Assembly: GCA_964459315.1 (NCBI GenBank)
Contig: CAYWMH010000002.1
Span: 1-34,564, forward strand
Length of the DNA stretch: 34,564 nt
Source: an uncultured Verrucomicrobiota bacterium
Lineage (GTDB): Bacteria; Verrucomicrobiota; Verrucomicrobiia; Limisphaerales; UBA1096
Direction of reading: 5' to 3'
Position numbers and translations under genes: made by a program. The notes below the pieces were generated by a model. It ran no database searches. It was not told the DNA's origin and saw only the letters and a program-made list of their open reading frames with translations. This document shows, in pieces, positions 27,231-34,564 of the stretch (position 1 is its first letter; each line of letters begins with the position of its first letter).

Positions 27231-28856
27231 TCACTTTTTCACCGGCTGGCCAGGTTTTATGGTGTGAATGGCGTTAACGGGGTGGATATCGAGGATGTTC
27301 GGGTGGATGCCGCCGATGCGGTCGGGGTCGTAAATATTGATGCCAACGTAGAAAAACAGCGGTGCGATCGGCAACTCATTGGCGATGAGAATGGTCTCGG
27401 CCTGACGGAACAGTCCGTTGCGCTTGGCCAAGTCGGGTGTGGCGTTGGCGAAGCGGATGAGTTGGTCGTAGTCAGCGTTGGCCCAGCCGGTGCGGTTGTT
27501 GCCGTTCCGCGCCATGAACATGTCGAGAAAGGTGTTGGGGTCGTTGTAGTCGCCGATCCAGCTACTGCGGGTGATGTGGTAGTCTAGGGCGCTTTGGGCG
27601 GCGAGGTACACCTTGTGTTCCGCCTGGCGCAGCTTGACCTGGATGCCCAGTGTCTCGCGCCACATGTGCTGCAACTCGACCGCGATGTTTTTGTTCAACG
27701 GGCTGGAGTTGAACAGGTACTCGAAGTCGCGCGGAAACAGTTTGCCGCCTGGATAGCCGGCCTCGGCGAGCAGTCGCTTGGCGAAGTCGGGATCGTGCAC
27801 CGGGCCGCTTGGCGAGGTGTAGTCACCAGTGCCGGGCGGGACGAAGTGGCCGGCCGGCCTCTCGCCGCCCTTGGTGTATTTCGCAACTAGGCGTGCCTTG
27901 TCGATGGCCAACGCCATCGCCTTGCGGACGCGCGGATCGTCGAGCGGTTTTTTCGTGGTGTTGAACCGCACGAAGTAGGTGCCGAGGTAGTCGAATCGGT
28001 GAAAGTCGGGCCTCCGGCTGAGGGCATCGAGCAGCTCTGTCGGCACAAGGCCCTTGTCCCAGATGATGTCGGCCTGGCCGGCTTCGTACAGGTTGATAGC
28101 TGTTTCCGGGGTCTCCACCGGCAGAAAGTCGATGACTTCGTTTCGTGTGTTGGCCGCGTCCCAGTATCGTTCATTCCTGCGGAGGCGAATCCGATCGCGC
28201 ACCCGCCAATGTTCGAGCGTGTGCGAGCCGCTCACCGGCAGCCGCCGGCTGAGGCACCATTGGTCGCCGTGCCGTGCGATCGCCGTTTCCGGTACGACGG
28301 CCAGCGTCCAGAACGCGCACAACTCAATAAAGAATGGAGTGGGGGCGGCCAGTTCCACGCGCACGGTTTGGTCGTCGACCGCGCGCACTCCAAGCCGGCT
28401 GAGGTCGGTGAGTTCGCCGCTATTGATGGCCTCGGCATTTTTCACGTAATAGAGCATCCCGGCGTAGTCGCTGGCGGTGGCAGGATTGACGGCACGCCGC
28501 CACGAGTAAACCACGTCGTGCGTCGTGATCGGCTCCCCGTTCGACCATTGAAGGTCGTCGCGCAGGTGAAAGGTGTAAACCAGGCCGTCGCCGGAGATGT
28601 CCCAGCGCTTGGCCAAGGCCGGCTCGGCCTGGGCGGTGACGGCGTTAAAGCGGGTGAGTCCTTCGAACAGCGCCGAGACGATGCGACCATCCGACTGGCT
28701 GGTGATGATCGCCGGGTCGAGCGACTCGGGGTCAGGGCCGTTGATGATCACGAAGTCGGCCGGTTCGTGCTGCTGAAAACAGCCGGCTTGGCCAAGCAGG
28801 CAGAGGCACAAAAAAAGCGTCCCCAGCCGATGCACAGGAACGCCGTTGAAAGTCAT
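27231..28856 (-). CDS. ABC transporter substrate-binding lipoprotein, family 5 (oligopeptide/dipeptide OppA/DppA-like)
   Basis: 541-aa ORF with a lipobox-like LLGQAGC. The length and conserved blocks (FHLRDDLQWSNGEPITTHDVVYSW, YFVRFNTTKKPLDD) are typical of SBP_bac_5. Confidence 0.85.
   Translation of the reverse strand: MTFNGVPVHRLGTLFLCLCLLGQAGCFQQHEPADFVIINGPDPESLDPAIITSQSDGRIVSALFEGLTRFNAVTAQAEPALAKRWDISGDGLVYTFHLRDDLQWSNGEPITTHDVVYSWRRAVNPATASDYAGMLYYVKNAEAINSGELTDLSRLGVRAVDDQTVRVELAAPTPFFIELCAFWTLAVVPETAIARHGDQWCLSRRLPVSGSHTLEHWRVRDRIRLRRNERYWDAANTRNEVIDFLPVETPETAINLYEAGQADIIWDKGLVPTELLDALSRRPDFHRFDYLGTYFVRFNTTKKPLDDPRVRKAMALAIDKARLVAKYTKGGERPAGHFVPPGTGDYTSPSGPVHDPDFAKRLLAEAGYPGGKLFPRDFEYLFNSSPLNKNIAVELQHMWRETLGIQVKLRQAEHKVYLAAQSALDYHITRSSWIGDYNDPNTFLDMFMARNGNNRTGWANADYDQLIRFANATPDLAKRNGLFRQAETILIANELPIAPLFFYVGINIYDPDRIGGIHPNILDIHPVNAIHTIKPGQPVKK
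28786..28797. repeat. iterated palindrome GCTTGGCCAAGC (12/12)
   Basis: Exact 12-mer within the signal-peptide coding region of the binding protein (encodes LLGQAG). Confidence 0.95.
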
Positions 28857-28869
28857 GGGAGGCTTCCGC

Positions 28870-29379
28870 TTATTTTTTCTCGCCGCCCTCCGGCGGTGCG
28901 GCCGGTGTCTCGGCCGGGTTCTCAGGGGCAGCAGGAGGGGGGGGCGCTTCGGGAGCCTGCGGTGCAGGGTTGTCTGCGGCGCCGGCTAGGGCGTCATCCA
29001 CCTTGTCGGTCACTTCCGCCTCAACCGACGCGGCCGCTGGTGTCGTGGGCGGTGTTGTTACCGGTGTCGTAGTGGGTGTTGTGGCCGGTGTCGTGGCGGG
29101 CGTTGCCTTGGCGCCGAGGCGTGCGCTGATGTCGTCCTTGCCGGGGTTGCCGATAATGGCCAGCACGAGGCAGAGCAACAGGAACAGCGATGCGGAAACC
29201 TTGGTCAGCTTGGTCAGCATGTTTCCCGCTCCGGCGCCGAGCGCCATGTCCAGCGTGCCGCCGCCGAAGGCCAGACCGGAGCCGGATTCTTTCTTCGGTA
29301 GCTGAATCAGGATCAGCAGCACGAGGAAGAAGCAGTTCAGGACGAGTACGGTTGTCAATAATCCAATCAGGACACTCAT
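28870..29379 (-). CDS. secG: preprotein translocase subunit SecG with a ~90-aa Pro/Thr/Ala-rich C-terminal extension
   Basis: The first ~78 aa (LILIQLPKKESGSGLAFGGG...MLTKLTKVSASLFLLLCLVLAIIGN) match SecG topology and motifs. The conserved tpiA-secG synteny is present. The tail TPATTPATTPTTTPVTTPPTTP... is low complexity. Confidence 0.85.
   Translation of the reverse strand: MSVLIGLLTTVLVLNCFFLVLLILIQLPKKESGSGLAFGGGTLDMALGAGAGNMLTKLTKVSASLFLLLCLVLAIIGNPGKDDISARLGAKATPATTPATTPTTTPVTTPPTTPAAASVEAEVTDKVDDALAGAADNPAPQAPEAPPPPAAPENPAETPAAPPEGGEKK
29039..29110. repeat. imperfect 24-bp tandem repeat x3 (encodes the TTPxTTPx units of the SecG tail)
   Basis: GGTGTCGTGGGCGGTGTTGTTACC / GGTGTCGTAGTGGGTGTTGTGGCC / GGTGTCGTGGCGGGCGTTGCCTTG, read on the plus strand. 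Confidence 0.7.
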
Positions 29380-29394
29380 GGTTCTATTTGTCTA

Positions 29395-30159
29395 TCAGAT
29401 CGAGTTCAGGATGATCTCGGAAAAATTTCTCACGTCGAGCGAGGCCCCGCCGACCAGTGCGCCATCCACGTCCGGCTGGCTCATCAGTTCGCGGGCGTTG
29501 TCCGGCTTGACGCTGCCGCCGTACTGGATACGCACTCGCTTGGCCGTGTCCTCATCAAAAATGTCGCCCAGCAGGTTGCGAATGAACGCGTGCACTTCCT
29601 GTGCCTGGGCGGAGGTGGCGGTTTTGCCGGTGCCGATCGCCCAGACCGGCTCGTAGGCGACGACCGTGCCCTCCATTTGCCCGGCGGTCAAGCCCGCCAA
29701 GCTGTCGCGGACCTGCGATCCGACGACCTCTTCCGTGCGGCCGCTCTCACGATCCTCAAGTTGTTCGCCCACACAGACGATCGGCTTGAGGCCGGTCTCG
29801 TGGGCGGCCTTGGCCTTGGCGGCGACGAGTTCGTCGGACTCCCGCTGGTATTGGCGTCGCTCGGAATGGCCGAGGATGACGTAGCGGGTGGAGAATTCCT
29901 TGAGCATCCCGGCAGCGGTCTCGCCGGTGTGGGCGCCGTAGCCGTGCTCGCTCATGTTTTGCGCGCCGAGCCGGATGTTCGAGTCGAGAATCGCCTCGGA
30001 CACGGCGGACAGCGCCGTGAACGGCGGGCAGACGGCAATGTCCACCTCGGTCACGTCTTTCAGTTCGCGAACCAGGCCGTTGGCCAGGTCGCGCGACTCC
30101 GCGACGGTCTTGTTCATTTTCCAGTTCCCGGCGATGATCAGTTTTCGTTCCTTGTCCAT
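29395..30159 (-). CDS. tpiA: triose-phosphate isomerase
   Basis: AGNWKMN, ILGHSERR, AYEPVWAIGTG and YGGSV motifs. Confidence 0.95.
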   Translation of the reverse strand: MDKERKLIIAGNWKMNKTVAESRDLANGLVRELKDVTEVDIAVCPPFTALSAVSEAILDSNIRLGAQNMSEHGYGAHTGETAAGMLKEFSTRYVILGHSERRQYQRESDELVAAKAKAAHETGLKPIVCVGEQLEDRESGRTEEVVGSQVRDSLAGLTAGQMEGTVVAYEPVWAIGTGKTATSAQAQEVHAFIRNLLGDIFDEDTAKRVRIQYGGSVKPDNARELMSQPDVDGALVGGASLDVRNFSEIILNSI

Positions 30160-30167
30160 GCGTTGAT

Positions 30168-31400
30168 TTATTTGTCAGCCAAGGCGTCGACGCCGGGCAA
30201 CTCCCGGCCCTCTAGAAACTCGAGGCTCGCGCCGCCGCCGGTGCTCATGAAGGTGACTTGGTCGCCAAGGCCGGCCTTGTTCAGCGCCTTCACGCTGTCG
30301 CCGCCTCCGATGATGCTCTTGGCCCCATTGGCGGTCGCCTCGCAAACCGCCTTGGCCACGGCAAAGGTGCCGCCAGCGAACCGCTCATCCTCGAAGATGC
30401 CCATCGGGCCATTCCACAAAATTGTCCCGGCCCCGGCGATCACGCCGCAAAATTCCTCCGCCGATTTGGGGCCGATGTCGACACCCTCCACGTCGTCCGG
30501 GATATTTTCGCTGTCGTTCACGCGGTGATCGCCAAACGCGAATTTGCCGTCGATCTCCGTCGATATGGCGATGAGGTTGTCGCTCGGGATCAAAAACTGC
30601 ACGCCGCACCCGGCCGCCTTGTCGAGAGCCGCCTGGGCGACATCCACCTTGTCCCGCTCGACGAGTGATTTGCCAACAGTGAACCCTTTGGCCAGCTTGA
30701 ACGTGTACGCCATCGCACCGCCGATGAGGATCGTGTCGGCCTTGTCAAGCAGGCGGTCGATCACCTTGATTTTGTCGGAAACCTTCGCGCCGCCGAGGAT
30801 GACGACGAACGGGCGCTTCGGTGATTCCAGTTCATCGCCGAGAAACTGCAATTCACGCTCCATCAGCAGGCCGGCCACGCATTGGCCGCCCCGGGCGTTG
30901 AGCACGGCGGCCACGCCGGCGGTTGAGGCGTGGGCGCGGTGGGCCGCGCCAAAGGCGTCGTTCACGAACACGTCGGCATCGGCGGCGAGTTGCGTGGCAA
31001 AGGCCGGTTCGTTGGCCTCCTCCTCGGCGTGATAGCGGACGTTTTCCAGTAGCAGCAGGCCGCCATCCTCTAGCTTGGCTGCTGCGTCGGTTGCCGCTTG
31101 GCCAACGCACTGGTCGCAGAAGGCGACCGGTTGGCTGATCAACTCGGAAAGCCGGTCGGCGACGGGGCGGAGACTCATCGACGGCACGCGCTCACCCTTG
31201 GGCCGGCCAAGGTGCGCGGTGAGCACCACCTTTGCGCCACTCTCGGTTATCGACCGCAGCGTCGGCAGGGTGGCGCGGATGCGGGTGTCGTCGTTGATCC
31301 GCATCGTGCCGTCCTTGTCGGCCATCGGCACGTTGTAATCGACGCGTGCCAGGACGCGCTTGCCCCGCAGGTCGATGTCGTTGATGGTTCGCTTGGCCAT
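30168..31400 (-). CDS. pgk: phosphoglycerate kinase
   Basis: [32 protein letters not shown] and [13 protein letters not shown] motifs. Confidence 0.95.
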   Translation of the reverse strand: MAKRTINDIDLRGKRVLARVDYNVPMADKDGTMRINDDTRIRATLPTLRSITESGAKVVLTAHLGRPKGERVPSMSLRPVADRLSELISQPVAFCDQCVGQAATDAAAKLEDGGLLLLENVRYHAEEEANEPAFATQLAADADVFVNDAFGAAHRAHASTAGVAAVLNARGGQCVAGLLMERELQFLGDELESPKRPFVVILGGAKVSDKIKVIDRLLDKADTILIGGAMAYTFKLAKGFTVGKSLVERDKVDVAQAALDKAAGCGVQFLIPSDNLIAISTEIDGKFAFGDHRVNDSENIPDDVEGVDIGPKSAEEFCGVIAGAGTILWNGPMGIFEDERFAGGTFAVAKAVCEATANGAKSIIGGGDSVKALNKAGLGDQVTFMSTGGGASLEFLEGRELPGVDALADK

Positions 31401-31424
31401 TTGCCCCCGAAAAAAGGGCGCGAA

Positions 31425-31452
31425 ATCATACCCGCGAACCCTTAACTGTCAA
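31425..31452 (-). promoter_or_regulatory. candidate sigma70-type promoter for pgk-tpiA-secG (TTGACA-N16-TATGAT on the minus strand)
   Basis: -35 is the complement of 31447-31452 and -10 the complement of 31425-31430, 24 nt upstream of the pgk ATG. Near-consensus hexamers. Confidence 0.5.
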
Positions 31453-31511
31453 CGGTTATGTGGGGTCATACCGGTGGAAAACAGCGGTTTTGACAGCATA
31501 CATGGGCGGCG

Positions 31512-31525
31512 CGCTTGGCCAAGCG
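31512..31525. repeat. iterated palindrome CGCTTGGCCAAGCG (14/14), intergenic (pgk/carA divergent region)
   Basis: Exact 14-mer, 60 nt upstream of the carA ATG. Confidence 0.95.
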
Positions 31526-31584
31526 GGTATCCTCATTCGGAGTGCGCTTGCCGATGGGGTGTCGTGTCTGTAATCTCCCCGGCG

Positions 31585-32763
31585 ATGTCTGGCTTGGGGC
31601 CTAAAGCCGTCCTCGCACTGGAGGACGGTACCATTTTCGAGGGGCGTGCGTTTGGCGCTGCAGCGTCGGTCGCCGGGGAAGTCTGTTTCAACACCTCCAT
31701 GACAGGGTATCAGGAAATCCTGACCGACCCGTCGTACAAGGGCCAAATCATCACGATGACCTATCCGCTGATCGGCAACTACGGGGTCAACGAGCAGGAT
31801 GTGGAGTCGTACCAGACGCACGCCAGCGGCTTTGTCGTGCGCGAGTTGTCGCCGGTCGTCAGCAACTACCGCGCGGACAGTTCGCTTGGTGACTACATGG
31901 CGCGCAACGGCATCCCCGGCATTGAGGGGATCGACACGCGGGCGTTGACCAAGAAGCTTCGCGTCCGCGGCGCGATGAACGGCTACCTCACGACGGAGGA
32001 GGGCGCATCGGCTGAAGACGCCCTAGCCAAGGCGAAGGCGTGGCCCGGCCTCCTCGGTGTCGATTACGTGAAGGAAGTCACCCATGAGTCGAGCTTTGTG
32101 TGGGACGAGGAGGATGCGTTGAGCCCGGCATTTCGGCTGCCGAAGGGGCCGCGCGAGATCGACGGCCGAACCCAGCGCGACCCGATGCCGTCAGCGGACA
32201 TTCCAATCGTTGCCTACGACTTTGGCATCAAGTACAACATTTTGCGCCGACTGCGGCAGACCGGTTTCGCGGTCACGCTCGTCCCGGCGAACACGCCAGC
32301 GGAGGAGGTGTTGAAGCAGAAGCCGGCCGGCATATTTCTCTCGAACGGCCCCGGCGACCCGGCGGCAGTGACGTATGCGACGGAGGCGGTCGCGGCGTTG
32401 CTGGCCAAGGGGCTGCCGATTTTCGGCATCTGCCTGGGCCACCAAATTCTCGGATTGGCCATGGGGGGCAAGACGAGCAAGCTCAAGTTCGGGCATCGCG
32501 GCGCGAACCAACCGGTGAAGGATCTCGAGAGCGGCCGGGTAGAGATCACCTCGCAGAATCACGGGTTCATGGTGGACGCCGACACGCTGCCTAGCGACGT
32601 GGCGGTGAACCGTGTCAACCTGAACGACCAGACGGTCGAGGGGTTGCGGCACAAGACCAAGCCGATGTTCTGCGTGCAGTACCACCCGGAGGCGTCGCCC
32701 GGGCCGCACGACTCAAGCGGCCTGTTTGGCGAGTTCCGGCAGTTGGTCGAGAAGCACGGCTGA
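31585..32763 (+). CDS. carA: carbamoyl-phosphate synthase small (glutamine amidotransferase) subunit
   Basis: [37 protein letters not shown] and [12 protein letters not shown] motifs. Start chosen at [12 protein letters not shown]; the ORF-track start at 31360 overlaps pgk and was rejected. Confidence 0.92.
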   Translation: MSGLGPKAVLALEDGTIFEGRAFGAAASVAGEVCFNTSMTGYQEILTDPSYKGQIITMTYPLIGNYGVNEQDVESYQTHASGFVVRELSPVVSNYRADSSLGDYMARNGIPGIEGIDTRALTKKLRVRGAMNGYLTTEEGASAEDALAKAKAWPGLLGVDYVKEVTHESSFVWDEEDALSPAFRLPKGPREIDGRTQRDPMPSADIPIVAYDFGIKYNILRRLRQTGFAVTLVPANTPAEEVLKQKPAGIFLSNGPGDPAAVTYATEAVAALLAKGLPIFGICLGHQILGLAMGGKTSKLKFGHRGANQPVKDLESGRVEITSQNHGFMVDADTLPSDVAVNRVNLNDQTVEGLRHKTKPMFCVQYHPEASPGPHDSSGLFGEFRQLVEKHG

Positions 32764-32790
32764 CCTTGGCCAAGCGCGGCGGAGTCTGGA

Positions 32791-33270
32791 CTACTTTTTG
32801 ACCCTTCGGAACTTGCCCGGGTTGACGAACAGCTTCTTGTTTCGCCTTTGCTTCAGGAAGGAGTGCGCCAGCGACTCTGAGGTCTTAAACTCATCATCCA
32901 CCAGTTCCTCATTCAGCAGCCTGATTTCGAGTTCCTCGTTTTCCAGTCGATACGAGGCGACGTGGTTCAGGTTTTTCTCCCCTTTGCTCGGTGGGCCTTC
33001 GTTGGTGCCGATGGCCTAAAGCTGGACGCATGACACGCCACCGTGCTTGATGGGGTAGGCACAGAAGTACATGGCGTCCTCCCCGATCGGTTAATGAATG
33101 ATGTACTCGGTGGCGGAGAAATTCAGGATCATCATCCGTTCCTTTTTCTCTTTACCGTTATCCGGGACGATCTCCCACAGAGCAAGCAGGGATCAATCAA
33201 CCGGGATGGTGTGATCCTCCGTCAGGCGTGCTTCATACTCGCAACCATAAAAAAACAGGACAGCCCCCAT
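32791..33270 (-). pseudogene. decayed ORF (about 160 codons) with three in-frame stops (TGA, TAA, TAG); family not recognised
   Basis: A single minus-strand frame reads MGAVLFFYGCEYEARLTEDHTIPVD*SLLALWEIVPDNGKEKKERMMILNFSATEYIIH*PIGEDAMYFCAYPIKHGGVSCVQL*AIGTNEGPPSKGEKNLNHVASYRLENEELEIRLLNEELVDDEFKTSESLAHSFLKQRRNKKLFVNPGKFRRVKK*. Stops are at the complement of 33193-33195, 33091-33093 and 33016-33018. The composition is protein-like and the G+C is low. The segments lack Met starts, so they are absent from the ORF track. Confidence 0.5.
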
Positions 33271-33287
33271 TAAAAAGTGCTGTCCTG
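33249..33287 (-). terminator. rho-independent terminator after rplI
   Basis: On the minus strand: CAGGACAGC-14 nt loop-GCTGTCCTG followed by T7, about 25 nt after the rplI stop at 33313. Confidence 0.8.
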
Positions 33288-33312
33288 CTTATCGACATGA
33301 TGTGATTGTTGG

Positions 33313-33822
33313 TTAACTCGCGGGAGCCTCTTCCGCGGTGGCCTCGGATTCCTCTTCCGGAAGCGGGTTGCTGCTCTCCACGCGCACCTTGAGGTTGGTG
33401 CTGACCTCAGAATGCAGCCGCAATTCGACGTCGTGGTCGCCCACCGTGCGGATCGGCTCCACGAGGTTAACCTTACGGCGGTCGAGCTTGATCTCGAACT
33501 GCTCATTGAGCTGCTCGATGATGTTTGCCGGGGTGACCGAGCCGTACATCTTGCCGGTGTCCGGGGGCTTGGCCTTGATGGGCGATATGAGGTGCCTGAA
33601 GCTGGCGGCCAGTTCCTTGGCGTCCTTGGCCTCGCGGATTTCGCGATCGCGCCGCACCTTGCGCAGGGCCTCGAGGCGGCGTTCGTTGCCCTCGGTCAGC
33701 GGGATAGCGAGTCCGTGTGGCAGGAGGTAGTTGCGGGCATAGCCGGTGGCCACATTCACTTGGTCGGATTCCCCGCCCAAGCCTTCCACATTCTTGATTA
33801 AAATAACGTCAGTTTTTGCCAT
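33313..33822 (-). CDS. rplI: 50S ribosomal protein L9 (with a short acidic C-terminal extension)
   Basis: MAKTDVILIKNVEGLGGESDQVNVATGYARNYLLPHGLA is the canonical L9 N-domain. Confidence 0.93.
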   Translation of the reverse strand: MAKTDVILIKNVEGLGGESDQVNVATGYARNYLLPHGLAIPLTEGNERRLEALRKVRRDREIREAKDAKELAASFRHLISPIKAKPPDTGKMYGSVTPANIIEQLNEQFEIKLDRRKVNLVEPIRTVGDHDVELRLHSEVSTNLKVRVESSNPLPEEESEATAEEAPAS

Positions 33823-33852
33823 GAGTCGCTTGTGGTGTGAATTGGTCTTTGC

Positions 33853-34299
33853 TCAAAACGGGACGTCGTCGTCCCCGGGGGCGTCCACGGGTGGGCCGCC
33901 TGCTGGCTCGGATGGGGGAGGGGCGGACTGCTGCGGGGCAGCGTCTCCGCCGCCCGCTTGGCCACCGCCACCGCCAACGAAGGTGAATCGCTCGAGCACG
34001 ACGCCGAGTCGGCTCCGGTTTTGGCCGGTGTTTTTGTCCTCCCACTGGTCGAGCTTGAGTCGGCCTTCGACTAGGATTGGGCGGCCTTTTTGCATGTATT
34101 GGCCAATCGTCTCGGCCTGTTTGCCAAAGGCATCGACGTCCACAAAGGTGACTTCCTCCTTCTGCTGTCCCTCGGCGTCGCGCCAGACGCGGTTGACGGC
34201 GAGGCCCATCTTGGCGATCGCGGTGCCGCTGGGCGTGTAACGCAGCTCGGGGTCGCGGGTCAGGTTGCCCATCAGGATTACTTTGTTGAAGCTTGCCAT
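33853..34299 (-). CDS. ssb: single-stranded DNA-binding protein
   Basis: OB-fold N-terminus MASFNKVILMGNLTRDPELRYTPSG, a Gly/Pro-rich linker and an acidic tip DDDVPF. Confidence 0.93.
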   Translation of the reverse strand: MASFNKVILMGNLTRDPELRYTPSGTAIAKMGLAVNRVWRDAEGQQKEEVTFVDVDAFGKQAETIGQYMQKGRPILVEGRLKLDQWEDKNTGQNRSRLGVVLERFTFVGGGGGQAGGGDAAPQQSAPPPSEPAGGPPVDAPGDDDVPF

Positions 34300-34343
34300 G
34301 GTTGGAGTTTAACCGGATTGCACGATCGGAATCAACCCGCGAA

Positions 34344-34564
34344 TCACGTCGGTTTGGTGAAGAACACGCGGAAGACGTCCTTCAGCTTAAGCAGGCGTTT
34401 TTTTAGGTCGCCAGTTGCTGCTGGGTCGCCCTCGAACGTGACTTCAAGGTAGTAGCCATCCGGGTTCTTGCGGTTGGCCACCCGGGCAAACTCCTGCTGG
34501 CCCACGGCATTGAACTCGCCGACCTTCCCGCCAGCCGTGTCGATTTCGGCCGAGATAAGGGTCT
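34344..34564 (-). CDS. rpsF: 30S ribosomal protein S6, C-terminal part only (5' end beyond the right edge)
   Basis: The minus-strand frame gives ...GKVGEFNAVGQQEFARVANRKNPDGYYLEVTFEGDPAATGDLKKRLLKLKDVFRVFFTKPT*, with the stop at the complement of 34344-34346. S6-like pattern and rpsF-ssb synteny. Confidence 0.75.
   Translation of the reverse strand, partial: TLISAEIDTAGGKVGEFNAVGQQEFARVANRKNPDGYYLEVTFEGDPAATGDLKKRLLKLKDVFRVFFTKPT

Noticed and set aside
29039-29110. A short tandem repeat that could be mistaken for a CRISPR-like or VNTR array.
   Set aside because: It has only three imperfect 24-bp units without spacers, lies in frame inside secG, and encodes a Thr/Pro repeat. No CRISPR-type repeat-spacer architecture or cas genes occur anywhere in the window.
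31401-31584. A possible pyrimidine-responsive leader or attenuator upstream of carA.
   Set aside because: I could not find a PyrR-type binding loop, a terminator/antiterminator pair or a leader peptide. The only clear elements are the divergent pgk promoter and one copy of the iterated palindrome.
32726-33273. Plus-strand ORFs 32726-33019 (97 aa) and 33043-33273 (76 aa) in the carA-rplI spacer.
   Set aside because: The first begins inside carA in another frame. Both translate to Ser/Phe/Leu low-complexity sequence and are the antisense image of the more protein-like, stop-interrupted minus-strand frame.
266-34106. The TTGGCCAA enrichment as a trivial by-product of codon usage or of a favoured LAKR peptide.
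   Set aside because: Copies occur in all three reading frames (RLAKR, ALGQA, AWPSA), on genes of both orientations, and in at least four intergenic positions (266, 3551 partial, 31512, 32765). Formal confirmation still needs a codon-aware null model.

Overview
High-G+C bacterial chromosomal segment. It is probably from the PVC superphylum (Verrucomicrobiota/Opitutae-like), an inference from three paralogous prepilin-type N-terminal-methylation proteins with [18 protein letters not shown]-termini. Gene content is mostly housekeeping. Left to right: a pilin-like gene (partial), an octaheme c-type cytochrome, two more pilin-like genes, RNase R, and a 1372-aa secreted multidomain metzincin-like protein. 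Next comes a 13-gene complex I cluster nuoBCDE / nuoFGHIJKLMN, which has no nuoA and is split by an antisense tRNA-Gln(CUG). After it: dprA, a DRE-TIM aldolase-like gene, a family-5 peptide-binding lipoprotein, secG-tpiA-pgk, carA, a decayed ORF with three in-frame stops, and rplI-ssb-rpsF with no rpsR. No CRISPR array, transposase, integrase or recognisable defence or toxin genes were seen. The most striking signal is not a gene. It is a perfect palindrome, (C)GCTTGGCCAAGC(G), found at least 13 times as the 12-mer, 8 times as the 14-mer, and about 36 times as the TTGGCCAA core. It occurs in genes on both strands, in all three reading frames, and in spacers, sometimes as overlapping tandem copies. 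This resembles cyanobacterial HIP1-type highly iterated palindromes; to my knowledge none has been described for this lineage. Secondary observations are low-G+C mosaic patches, several clean rho-independent terminators, a 24-bp perfect hairpin over the nuoN stop codon, and a SecG with a long Pro/Thr-rich tail.
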